From NCBI GenBank assembly GCA_963674865.2, contig CAXXYE010000001.1:1-64000 (forward strand): a stretch of DNA of 64,000 nt, written 5' to 3'. The first letter of the stretch is position 1. Every line of letters starts with the position of its first letter. Positions 29,262 to 37,954 of the stretch are shown piece after piece. The stretch comes from Candidatus Hydrogenedentota bacterium. Lineage in GTDB: Bacteria; Hydrogenedentota; Hydrogenedentia; Hydrogenedentales; SLHB01. The notes under the pieces are model-generated. The model was not told the origin of the DNA. It did no database searches and saw only the letters and a program-made list of their open reading frames with translations. Made by a program: the position numbers and the translations under genes.

Positions 29262-31040
29262 GTGAAACCGGCCCGTGAATGGATGAAGGATCTGGCCGAC
29301 GTGGCGCTCGACGAACGAGTCGTGCGAGTCGAAGGGCGCGGCGGCGAGCCGACCTTGCGCGTAGACAGCGTATTCCTCCACAGCCGCTACAATCCGCGGG
29401 AAGAGGCCGTCCGGCTGATTGATTCCGCTGGACTCGACCTTGCGCGGCCTGTTCTGGTGGTCGGGCTTGGATTGGGCTATCACGTGCTCGAGCTTGTTGC
29501 CCGAGGCGGCGATGTGGCGGTTGTGGAGCCCGACGTTCGCGTGGGGAGGCTGGCCCTCGAGGGGCCGATGCGGGACTCTGGCGTGCTCATGGGCGTCGGC
29601 GACTCGGAGATAATTGCGGCAAGCGACGTGTTCCGAGAGTTCGTGGCGCGCTCGCCGCAAGTGCTTGTGCATCCGCCAACCGCGCGTCTGCATCCTGCCT
29701 TTGCCGCGGCCATCTCCGAGGAGGCCGCACGCGGGGCGCTCAATGACCGCCGCCTCAGCGTGGCCGTTGTGGGGCCCCTCTACGGCGGCTCCCTGCCCAT
29801 CGCGCGCTACCTTGAACGGGGCTTTGCCCGCCTCGGACATCGAACACTCTTTGTGGACAACAGTATTGCCTGGACGCTGTACGAGTCCTCGACGGGAAGC
29901 GTCAAGTCTGCCAAGGCTGCCGGGCAGCTCGGGGCGTTGCTCACCCATTTCCTCAGCGAGTGGAGCTATGCGCGTGTGATGGAGTTCGCTCCGGATATCT
30001 GCATTGCCGTAGCGCAGGCCCCCGTGGGGCCCGGCTTCCCTGCCCGTCTGCGCAAGGAAGGCATCGTCAGTGCCTTCTGGTTTGTGGAGAATTGGCGGCA
30101 CCTTCCCTATTGGCGGGAGATTGCGCCTCTCTACGACCATTTCTTCCATATTCAACCGGGTGAGTTCGAGAAGCAGTTGCGCGAGGCGGGCTGTGTTCAT
30201 CATGCGTACGTGCAGACGGGCTGCGATCCCGAGGTGCACAAGCCCGTGGCCCTCGACGCGTCCGAGCGGAAGGCGTTTGAGTGCGATCTATCCTTTGCCG
30301 GCGCAGGCTATCTCAATCGCATCCAAGTGTTCCGCGGCCTGACGGACTACGACTTCAAAATCTGGGGCGTCGAGTGGAATGCCCTCGAACTGGCGCCGCT
30401 GGTTTGTGAAGAGGGTGTCCGGTTTACGCCCGAGCAATTCGCAAAGATTGTCGCGGGCAGCAAGATCAACCTCAACCTGCATTCGAGTCAAACGCATGAG
30501 GGCGTTGACCCGGACTGCGATGCCATCAACCCGCGCGTGTTCGAGATAGCCGCGTGCGGCGGTTTTCAGCTGTGCGATCCTTGCAAGGGCCTTGAGTCCC
30601 TGTTCGATTTCGAGCGGGAACTTCCCGTCTACCATGACCTCGTTGAACTCCGAGAGAAGGCTGACTACTACCTCGCGCATCCGGATGAACGGAAAGCCAT
30701 CGCCCAGCGGGCGCGCGCGCGCGTTCTGCAAGATCATACCTACGAGAAGCGCGCTCAACAGATGCTGGACGCGCTTCTCTCGACACACGGAAAGCAAATG
30801 CTGAAGAAGGGCATTCGTGCCCAGCGGACAGTGGGGGAGATGGTAGAACGCGTGGGGCGGGATACGCCTCTTGGTGTGCACCTGGCCTCGCTGTCGCCCG
30901 ACCTCCTTTTCACCCACGAGAATATCTGCGAACGCGCTCCTTGGATGGGAATCCGGCCTGGCTACGTGGAGGGTGTGTTTGCGTATCTGAAGGAACTGCG
31001 TACCTCCGCCGAGGCCCTCTTGGCGTTGCGGGAGGAATGA
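29262..31040 (+). CDS. CgeB/DUF3880-type glycosyltransferase with Maf-like N-terminus
   Basis: LHSRYNPREEA..VVGLGLGYH (Maf-N-like); SKINLNLHSS..INPRVFEIAACG; HTYEKR. Confidence 0.83.
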   Translation: MKPAREWMKDLADVALDERVVRVEGRGGEPTLRVDSVFLHSRYNPREEAVRLIDSAGLDLARPVLVVGLGLGYHVLELVARGGDVAVVEPDVRVGRLALEGPMRDSGVLMGVGDSEIIAASDVFREFVARSPQVLVHPPTARLHPAFAAAISEEAARGALNDRRLSVAVVGPLYGGSLPIARYLERGFARLGHRTLFVDNSIAWTLYESSTGSVKSAKAAGQLGALLTHFLSEWSYARVMEFAPDICIAVAQAPVGPGFPARLRKEGIVSAFWFVENWRHLPYWREIAPLYDHFFHIQPGEFEKQLREAGCVHHAYVQTGCDPEVHKPVALDASERKAFECDLSFAGAGYLNRIQVFRGLTDYDFKIWGVEWNALELAPLVCEEGVRFTPEQFAKIVAGSKINLNLHSSQTHEGVDPDCDAINPRVFEIAACGGFQLCDPCKGLESLFDFERELPVYHDLVELREKADYYLAHPDERKAIAQRARARVLQDHTYEKRAQQMLDALLSTHGKQMLKKGIRAQRTVGEMVERVGRDTPLGVHLASLSPDLLFTHENICERAPWMGIRPGYVEGVFAYLKELRTSAEALLALREE

Positions 31041-32725
31041 TGCGGATCCTCGTAGCCCAGATGACGCGGATGGGGGATGTGCTCCAGACATCGCCTTTGA
31101 TCCGTGGCCTGAGGCGGAGACACCCGGATGCGTATATCGCCTTGATGGTGCGCCGTATGGGGCGGCCCATCGCCGAGCGCAATCCGGACGTGAACGAGGT
31201 GATTGTCTACGACGAAGACACCATGTTCGTGAATCTGCGCGCCAAGGACTCCGACAAGCTCTTGCGGGCCTACGAGCAGGCCGACGCGATAGTCCAGGAC
31301 TTGTCGGCGCGCCGTTTCGACATAGCCTACAATTGCACGAATTCGATCTGCTCGGCCATGCTGTTGAAACTGGCGCGGATTCCACAGGTTATCGGCGCCC
31401 ACCTCAGCGATGATTGGCGCTTCGTGCTCCGCGGTCCGTGGACAAATTACTTCTTCACAAGCATTTTCCATCGCGAATACAACGATCTAAACCTCTGCGA
31501 TATCTTCGCCCATTTCTTGCAGGACGCCCCGGGCGCAGGCAGACTTATCTTCGAGACGCGAGAGGAGGACCGGCGGTTCGTGGCGTCACTGCTGGCGGAA
31601 CACGGCGTCGATGAGGGCGACTTCATCGCGTGTTTCCAGCTAGGCGCCAGTGAGGGCAGCAAACGCTGGGCCGAGGGGCATTTTGCAGCACTGGGCCGGA
31701 TGTTGGCGGAGCGTTATGGCGCCAAGATCTTCCTCATCGGTGTCGAGGGGGAAGCTTGCTTGGGTGCGGCGCTTGTCCAGCAGACTCCGGGGATCGCCGT
31801 GCCGCTCTACGGTAAGACGAGCATTCCGCAACTGGCGGCGCTACTGGAGCGCTCGAACATACTTGTCACCAACGATACCGGCACGATGCACCTCGCCGCG
31901 GCGGTGGGGTGCCCACTTGTTCTGGTGTCCGTCGGATACGTTCATTTCCGGGAGACTGGGCCGTATGGTGAGGGACTGTGCGCGATTGAGCGCCGTCGCC
32001 AGACCTTGGGCCAGTCCGGCTGGGTGCCCGGCGGGTTGCAGGAGCGGATGGATATTCTTCCGGAACAAGTGCTGAAGGCGGTTGAGTTTGCCTTGGCCTC
32101 AAGAGGCCGGAAGCCCCTCGCGCAGGTTAATGATGGGCCGCAATACTCTGGTGTCGGATTTTACACAAGCCGTATCGCACCGGATGGGTTTCTAGAATGG
32201 TATCCCGTTGTGCGCCGGCCGATGACCCGGACGGACTTTCTGAGGACCACCTACCGCGCCATGTGGCTGGAATTCCTCGATGCTCAGATGGATCCTACTA
32301 TCGAGCAGGATAGTCTCCGGGCTCTTCTCCGGCATTACGTGGGCACAACGGGCGGCGACGTCGAGGCGTGGCGGGATGCGCTGGCAAGCGACTTCAGCTG
32401 TTTGGCCGAACTGGCTGCGCGCGGGATCGGCGAAACGGAAGTCCTGCTGGACGTGCTTACTTCGCGGAAGGACCTGCAGGTGGCGAAGGAGATCGCGGCG
32501 CGTCTCCATCGGCTCGACGAAGAGGTCCGCATCTTCGGGGAAATCCACGGGCCGTGCAAGCCGCTGGTCGTCATCTCCCGTTATGAAAGGGAGAATCTCG
32601 AGGGCGCCGATGCTGTCATCCTCGCGCAGACGACGCTGGCGATCTATCACGATCTCCAGGCGCGTGCGCGCCTTATGCAGGCGAAGGTTGAGCGCGTGGC
32701 CGGCCTGTGGGCTGCGTCAGGCTGA
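31037..32725 (+). CDS. Glycosyltransferase family 9 (heptosyltransferase-like) with C-terminal extension
   Basis: TRMGDVL, QLGAS..KRW, LVTNDTGTMHLAAAVG. Confidence 0.88.
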   Translation: MMRILVAQMTRMGDVLQTSPLIRGLRRRHPDAYIALMVRRMGRPIAERNPDVNEVIVYDEDTMFVNLRAKDSDKLLRAYEQADAIVQDLSARRFDIAYNCTNSICSAMLLKLARIPQVIGAHLSDDWRFVLRGPWTNYFFTSIFHREYNDLNLCDIFAHFLQDAPGAGRLIFETREEDRRFVASLLAEHGVDEGDFIACFQLGASEGSKRWAEGHFAALGRMLAERYGAKIFLIGVEGEACLGAALVQQTPGIAVPLYGKTSIPQLAALLERSNILVTNDTGTMHLAAAVGCPLVLVSVGYVHFRETGPYGEGLCAIERRRQTLGQSGWVPGGLQERMDILPEQVLKAVEFALASRGRKPLAQVNDGPQYSGVGFYTSRIAPDGFLEWYPVVRRPMTRTDFLRTTYRAMWLEFLDAQMDPTIEQDSLRALLRHYVGTTGGDVEAWRDALASDFSCLAELAARGIGETEVLLDVLTSRKDLQVAKEIAARLHRLDEEVRIFGEIHGPCKPLVVISRYERENLEGADAVILAQTTLAIYHDLQARARLMQAKVERVAGLWAASG

Positions 32726-32750
32726 GTGGAGTTAATACAGGGAGGGAAGG

Positions 32751-33914
32751 ATGTCGAAAACGGAGGCACATGAAGTACTTAGAGATGTGCACCACATCCA
32801 CATTTGCGGCGACGCGGACACTTTCTGTGGACATCCGCGCCAGGGCGGGATCTTCAATTTCGGCAACAACGAGATAGCCGTTATCCACTATCACGCGCCC
32901 TGTGCTTACCAAACGCGCGACGACGTCAGACACGATTTCGGAGGCTATCATTCGCGTGCAAAGGCGCTTCTACAGCGCTCGCTGGACGGCGGAGCGACGT
33001 GGCCGAGCGACCAAGAGGTCGTTATCTACGATGAGGCGCGGCCCCTCGAGGAGCGCCGGGGCTTTGTGGCTGCCACGGGGCCTCGCGAGGCGATAGACCT
33101 CTCGTCGCCGGATAGCGCCATCTACTTTGGCAGGACCTACGCCGGGCCGACGGACGACAAGCCGGAAATGGTGTGCTTCGCGCTTCGCTCTTCCGACCGC
33201 GGAAGGACATGGGAGAATGTCCCAGCGGTGATTCACCCGCCCGAGCGCCAGACATATGTTCATAAGGACGCGCATCCCATCGTTAGGATGCCTGACGGTA
33301 GTTTCCTGGCCGTCATGTCGGCTCGAGAGCCTAACCAAGTCGCACTCTACGGTAGTGATGACAACGGACTTACGTGGGAGTACCTGTCCAGAATCGCCGA
33401 TGATCCGACGGGGCAAGGCCGCCCAACCTATGCAGGATTGCTCAGGCTTTCCAATGGAACGCTCCAGGCATACACGCTTAACATTCACGGCCTGCGGAAC
33501 GCGATACAAGTCTCCGAATCGCGCGATGGCTACGCCTGGTCGGCGCCCCGGCCGATAGTCCGGTGGGGCGATTCGCCATGGGTGGCGAGGCGGGGCCAGG
33601 GCCAGTTCCGCTTCGGTATGTACTACCGCTCACCGTGGCCGATGCTGTTGGCGGATGGCCGGATTTTGGTGCTATTTGGGCGTCGCAAGCCGCCATTTGG
33701 GCTGGGTTGCATTCTCAGCGAGGATAATGGCGCCACGTGGAGTAGGGAATTCATTATCCGCTGTGACGCCGAGCATGGGGACTTGGGCTATCCCGTTGCT
33801 ACCGAACTCGACGACGGGCGCATCTTCACGGCGTATTACTTCAACCTTCCCGAAGGCCACACGCCTCGCGGTGCGCGCCGGTTTATTGCAGGCTCTTTCT
33901 TCCGGTTGTCTTAG
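32751..33914 (+). CDS. Sialidase-family/BNR-repeat protein
   Basis: Asp boxes SLDGGATW, SSDRGRTW, SDDNGLTW, SEDNGATW; DLGYP. Confidence 0.83.
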   Translation: MSKTEAHEVLRDVHHIHICGDADTFCGHPRQGGIFNFGNNEIAVIHYHAPCAYQTRDDVRHDFGGYHSRAKALLQRSLDGGATWPSDQEVVIYDEARPLEERRGFVAATGPREAIDLSSPDSAIYFGRTYAGPTDDKPEMVCFALRSSDRGRTWENVPAVIHPPERQTYVHKDAHPIVRMPDGSFLAVMSAREPNQVALYGSDDNGLTWEYLSRIADDPTGQGRPTYAGLLRLSNGTLQAYTLNIHGLRNAIQVSESRDGYAWSAPRPIVRWGDSPWVARRGQGQFRFGMYYRSPWPMLLADGRILVLFGRRKPPFGLGCILSEDNGATWSREFIIRCDAEHGDLGYPVATELDDGRIFTAYYFNLPEGHTPRGARRFIAGSFFRLS

Positions 33915-34665
33915 GCCAAGCCGGTTGAGGCGTGGCGGTGACTGCGCCACGCAGTGCGTTCACCAGGCAGGCCGATGTCCCTTTCGCGGTTTCGATCACC
34001 TCGTCGTGTGTTAAGACATGGGCGTCGCAGCAGTTGTTGGTAATGCAGGAGACGACTGCGGCGCGGATTCCCAGGGCTCGACAGCGCTCGAGTTCGGGCG
34101 CCGTGCTCATTCCGACCGCCATCGCCCCGAGCCTCTGCAAACCGATGATTTCGGCACGTGTTTCGTAAGACGGGCCGTGCACCCAAGCGGCTTCCCCCGT
34201 GAAGGGGCAGTCGGGGACGATGAAATCCGTTTTGAGGACCTCGGGCTGACTGCGCCAATGGCGGTAGGGCCACAGGCGCATGCGCGTGACGGACAGAAGT
34301 TGCCCGGGCGTCATTTCGGGGAGTAGTCCTCCCACGGCATTGGTGAACAAAATCGAGTGAACGCCAAGACCTCTCAGGATATCGACCGTACGCGCCGCCT
34401 TGTCCGGTGCATATCCCTCGTAGACGTGCAATCGGCCGCACTGAATGACAACGCGCAGGCCTGAACAGGTGCCCAGTAAGAAGCGGCTCTCATGTCCCGT
34501 CACAGTGGACCTCTCCAGACCCGGAAATGACTTGAACGGCCTCGCCTGCGTGACAGTATCCAGCAGTCCGGTCAGGTCGATGCCCGAGCCGGCCACAATG
34601 CCGACCTCGGCATTCGGTGCAGCGGATGATGGTGGGATCCGAGGATTCTCAGTGTCGCCACGCAA
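33883..34665 (-). CDS. punA: Purine nucleoside phosphorylase (trimeric type)
   Basis: GSG, STVTGH, GRLHVYEG, TNAVGG, GPSYET, VGMST.PE, CITN. Confidence 0.85.
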   Translation of the reverse strand: MRGDTENPRIPPSSAAPNAEVGIVAGSGIDLTGLLDTVTQARPFKSFPGLERSTVTGHESRFLLGTCSGLRVVIQCGRLHVYEGYAPDKAARTVDILRGLGVHSILFTNAVGGLLPEMTPGQLLSVTRMRLWPYRHWRSQPEVLKTDFIVPDCPFTGEAAWVHGPSYETRAEIIGLQRLGAMAVGMSTAPELERCRALGIRAAVVSCITNNCCDAHVLTHDEVIETAKGTSACLVNALRGAVTATPQPAWPKTTGRKSLQ

Positions 34666-34710
34666 GGTTATAGAATGGCCCTCTGGCGGCCCCTCCGCGG
34701 CGGCGGGGGG

Positions 34711-35733
34711 TCATACGTTCCAAGGTGTTGGGAAAAACAGCCGCTCGAACAGGTGAAGAGCGTAATTGTCCGTCATGCTGGCAATGAAGTCCACCACCCG
34801 GCGCTCGATATCGATACCTGGCTCTCCCTCCGATGGACAGGCCTCGGGGTGCTCGAGCAAATAGCGATAGAGTTCGCGGACGAGTTTCTTGGCCTTGTCG
34901 ATCTCGCGGCTAATGGCGTCGCACGGATACACATACTCGAAAAGATAGGAGCGCAGCATCTGGATGGCTTCGCGGGTCGCGGGGGTGATGCCGATCAGCC
35001 CTTCGCAGCTCCCTTCGATAAGGCCCATAACCATTGTGTTGATGCGTTCGGACGTGGTCCGTCCGATGAGTGCCACCGCATCCTTCGGCAGGTCCTCGAC
35101 TGTGATAAGGCCGCCCCGGATGGCGTCGTCGATGTCGTGACCTACGTAAGCAATGGCATCGCAAACGCTTACAATCTGTCCCTCAAGCGTGCCGCCCGGC
35201 TCGGGGGGCTTCCCTTCGAGGATGACCTTGTTGCGCGAGTGGCTGACAATGCCGTCGCGGACTTCCCACGTGAGGTTCAGCCCTGGGCCTTTTCCCCTTG
35301 TTTCGAGAACATCGACGACACGCAGGCTCTGTTCGTAATGGTTGAATCCCGGCTCATAGGCCTCGTCCAGGGTCGCTTCGCCCGCGTGGCCGAAAGGGGT
35401 GTGTCCAAGATCGTGCCCCAGAGCGATGGCCTCGGTGAGGTCTTCATTAAGGAACAGGGCGCGTGCCACGGTACGGGCAATTTGGCTCACTTCGAGGGTA
35501 TGCGTCAGCCGTGTGCGGTAATGATCGCTTTCGGCTGCGAGGAAGACCTGCGTTTTCCGCTTGAGCCGGCGAAACGCTTTGGCGTGGATGATGCGGTCGC
35601 GGTCCCGCTGAAAGGCTGTCCTGTAGTCATGCTCTTTCTCGGGATTCTGGCGGCCGCGGGTAGCGCACGCGAGGGTGGCGTGCGGACTCAGGATTTCGCG
35701 CTCACGCGCTTCGAGTTGTTCGCGTATCGTCAC
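34711..35733 (-). CDS. dgt: Deoxyguanosinetriphosphate triphosphohydrolase (short dGTPase)
   Basis: RTAFQRDRDRIIH, RLKRKTQVF, RLTHTLEV, HDLGHTPFGHAGE, DFIASMTD. Confidence 0.93.
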   Translation of the reverse strand: MTIREQLEAREREILSPHATLACATRGRQNPEKEHDYRTAFQRDRDRIIHAKAFRRLKRKTQVFLAAESDHYRTRLTHTLEVSQIARTVARALFLNEDLTEAIALGHDLGHTPFGHAGEATLDEAYEPGFNHYEQSLRVVDVLETRGKGPGLNLTWEVRDGIVSHSRNKVILEGKPPEPGGTLEGQIVSVCDAIAYVGHDIDDAIRGGLITVEDLPKDAVALIGRTTSERINTMVMGLIEGSCEGLIGITPATREAIQMLRSYLFEYVYPCDAISREIDKAKKLVRELYRYLLEHPEACPSEGEPGIDIERRVVDFIASMTDNYALHLFERLFFPTPWNV

Positions 35734-35742
35734 GTGGGGCGA

Positions 35743-36474
35743 TTACTTGCCTTTCGAGAGACGCTTGGCCAATTCGGGGGGGAGGCCCGCCTTGAGCACT
35801 TTTCGCGCGCAACTCTCGATGTCGTATTCAACGCGGCAGAACTGGAAAGTCCTCTTCTCGGAGTCGTATAGGCCGAATGCGGCGCGCGGGTCCCGATCGC
35901 GCGGCTGGCCTACCGCGCCCGGATTGATGAAGTAGCGGTTGCCCGGACTCAACTGCTGAACACACGTGGTGTCGATAGCCTGCGTATTCCCCTTTTCCGA
36001 GAAAAACGAGGGCCGATGACTATGCCCGAAGAAGCACACATCCACCTCTCGGCCATTTAGATATTCCAGCTGACGCATGGCATCGAGCCAGTCGATGATA
36101 TAGTCGTCGCGACTGCTCGGCGAGCCGTGCACTCCCAGGCAAGTCCGGTTGAAGACGATTTGTTCCGGGGCCTTGGACAACCACTGCTTGTGTTCGTCGC
36201 GCACCTGCTCGAACTGCCACTCGATGGCTTCCTTTGCCGATGCACGAAAGAACCAGGGATCTTCCAGCCCGCACACCGCGGCGTCGTGGTTGCCCATGAT
36301 CGTCGGGATGTCGCGTTCACGGATGATGTCGATTACTTCGTTCGGATTGGCATTGTAACCGGTCAAGTCTCCAAGGCAGAAGACCTTGTCAGGGCGATGC
36401 TTATCGATCTCCCTGAAGACGGCTTGAACGGCCTCCAAGTTGGCATGAAGGTCAGCAACAATCGCTATGCGCAT
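35743..36474 (-). CDS. Calcineurin-like metallophosphoesterase
   Basis: DLHAN, LGD, GNHD, HGSP, GHSH, NPGAVGQPRDRDPRAA. Confidence 0.93.
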   Translation of the reverse strand: MRIAIVADLHANLEAVQAVFREIDKHRPDKVFCLGDLTGYNANPNEVIDIIRERDIPTIMGNHDAAVCGLEDPWFFRASAKEAIEWQFEQVRDEHKQWLSKAPEQIVFNRTCLGVHGSPSSRDDYIIDWLDAMRQLEYLNGREVDVCFFGHSHRPSFFSEKGNTQAIDTTCVQQLSPGNRYFINPGAVGQPRDRDPRAAFGLYDSEKRTFQFCRVEYDIESCARKVLKAGLPPELAKRLSKGK

Positions 36475-36532
36475 TCAACAACTTTCTGAAAAACTAGATG
36501 CACGCAGTCCGTACAGAGGTCGCCTCCAGGCA

Positions 36533-37492
36533 TTAGCCGGTGGTCTTACCCTCCGTGCGGGCGCGTTCACCCTTCTCGATGATCCGGCGCAACTGGGCCA
36601 CCTTCTTGAGGGCGTGTTGGTTGCGCGGGTCGGCACTGAGGACCTCTTCCATACAATCCAGCGCCTCGCGATACTCGCGACGCTTAATATGTTGCACTCC
36701 GACGTTGTATTTCGTCGTGAGGAGCTTCCTGCGTATCCGGCCGGAATGCGGCGTCTTGTCCGCGGCAAGCCGATACTGCACAATTGCCGCGTCATAATTG
36801 CGTGTCTCGAAGTAGAAGTCACCCAGACTCTCTTCCTGGCTGAGCTGAGTGCTTTCCTCCTTATGCTTTTTCCGGGCTTCGCGCTTTTCGGCCAGCCGGG
36901 ACTTGTACTCCTCGGGCGTGAAGACGTTGGCGAGGGCGCTGCGCTCGACGAGCATACTTATATTATTGGACTTGGGGTCGTCGGGAATCAGGAAGAACCT
37001 GGGATCATCGGCTGAGTAGCGGTGCAATGTCCGTCCACGGATCACCTCGCTATCATCAAACTCCACGACGAGATCATTTCCTTCGGGAGTCCAATCGCGA
37101 TACCGAAGGTTCTTGTCGAACTTGCCATCGAAGCTCTTCACAAAGAACACGGCCTTCACATCCGAAAACCGTACGGCTTCGCTTTCGCCCATGGGGGCGA
37201 AGTTGTCATCGACCAAGTCCAAATGAAAACCGGAGTCCTTTGGGTTTAGCGCAAAACACACACCGTGCTGGACGCGCCCATCCTTGTACCGGACGACAAG
37301 CCGCTGCCGCACGAGTTTCTTGCGCTGGGCCTCATGTTTGCGCTCTTCTTCAAGCTGCCGTTGGATGGGGCGGTAATGCTTTCGGCAGTACAGTTGCCCC
37401 TCGTGTTCTGAGATGCACTCCTCACACCCAAGCTCACCGCAGACACAACAATACCCTACTATCTCATTATTCGGGTGGTGCGAGCACTTCAT
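36533..37492 (-). CDS. B-box-like zinc finger, duplicated beta domain and TPR protein
   Basis: CSHHP..CCVCG..CEEC..YCRKH; two VV.[YF].D...G...F.L...V repeats; TPR-like end. Confidence 0.7.
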   Translation of the reverse strand: MKCSHHPNNEIVGYCCVCGELGCEECISEHEGQLYCRKHYRPIQRQLEEERKHEAQRKKLVRQRLVVRYKDGRVQHGVCFALNPKDSGFHLDLVDDNFAPMGESEAVRFSDVKAVFFVKSFDGKFDKNLRYRDWTPEGNDLVVEFDDSEVIRGRTLHRYSADDPRFFLIPDDPKSNNISMLVERSALANVFTPEEYKSRLAEKREARKKHKEESTQLSQEESLGDFYFETRNYDAAIVQYRLAADKTPHSGRIRRKLLTTKYNVGVQHIKRREYREALDCMEEVLSADPRNQHALKKVAQLRRIIEKGERARTEGKTTG

Positions 37493-37566
37493 GACGCACT
37501 CCTTAGCCGGGGTTTCGGCCGGTGCACCGTCCCCCGTGTCGTGGAGTAACTGCCCTACCTATGAGA

Positions 37567-37623
37567 AAAGTACCACGAACGGCCACGTCTGTCAAAGGGC
37601 GAAAAGTACTTAACTCATTGATA
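37567..37623 (-). promoter_or_regulatory. sigma70 promoter with upstream IHF consensus site
   Basis: TTGACA(37595-37590)-17-TACTTT; TATCAATGAGTTA (37623-37611) matches WATCAANNNNTTR. Confidence 0.6.
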
Positions 37624-37954
37624 ATAGTATATTTCCTTGGCCGCGTCCCTGGCGACTCTACACCGTCATTTCTTAAGGCAACGTGGTCGAAACGCGTGAA
37701 TTGTCTTCCTGGCCACGTCACGAAGCGTATTCTAGGGCACATCGTCTCAAAAAACAAGTTCAAGTGCTTGGCGAACGGCGTGAATGCTCACGAACAAAGG
37801 ACCTTGGCTGAGTCGCATCCGTCCTAGGCGGTGTTTGAAGATCGATGCCGTGCCGACTGCTAGGCGCGTTCACCGTGTGCTCGGTCACGATCCTCCAGTT
37901 TGCCGGCCGGAATCAGATACAGCTCGGCGGAATACCGGGGTTCTCAGACAAAAC

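Noticed and set aside
34711..35733. dGTPase as an anti-phage defence gene
   Set aside because: Short housekeeping-type Dgt among core genes, with no defence-island context
34675..35871. 398-aa plus-strand ORF
   Set aside because: Antisense shadow of dgt
37503..37827. Short ORFs in the intergenic gap downstream of galK
   Set aside because: No SD or motifs; they overlap promoter and IHF elements
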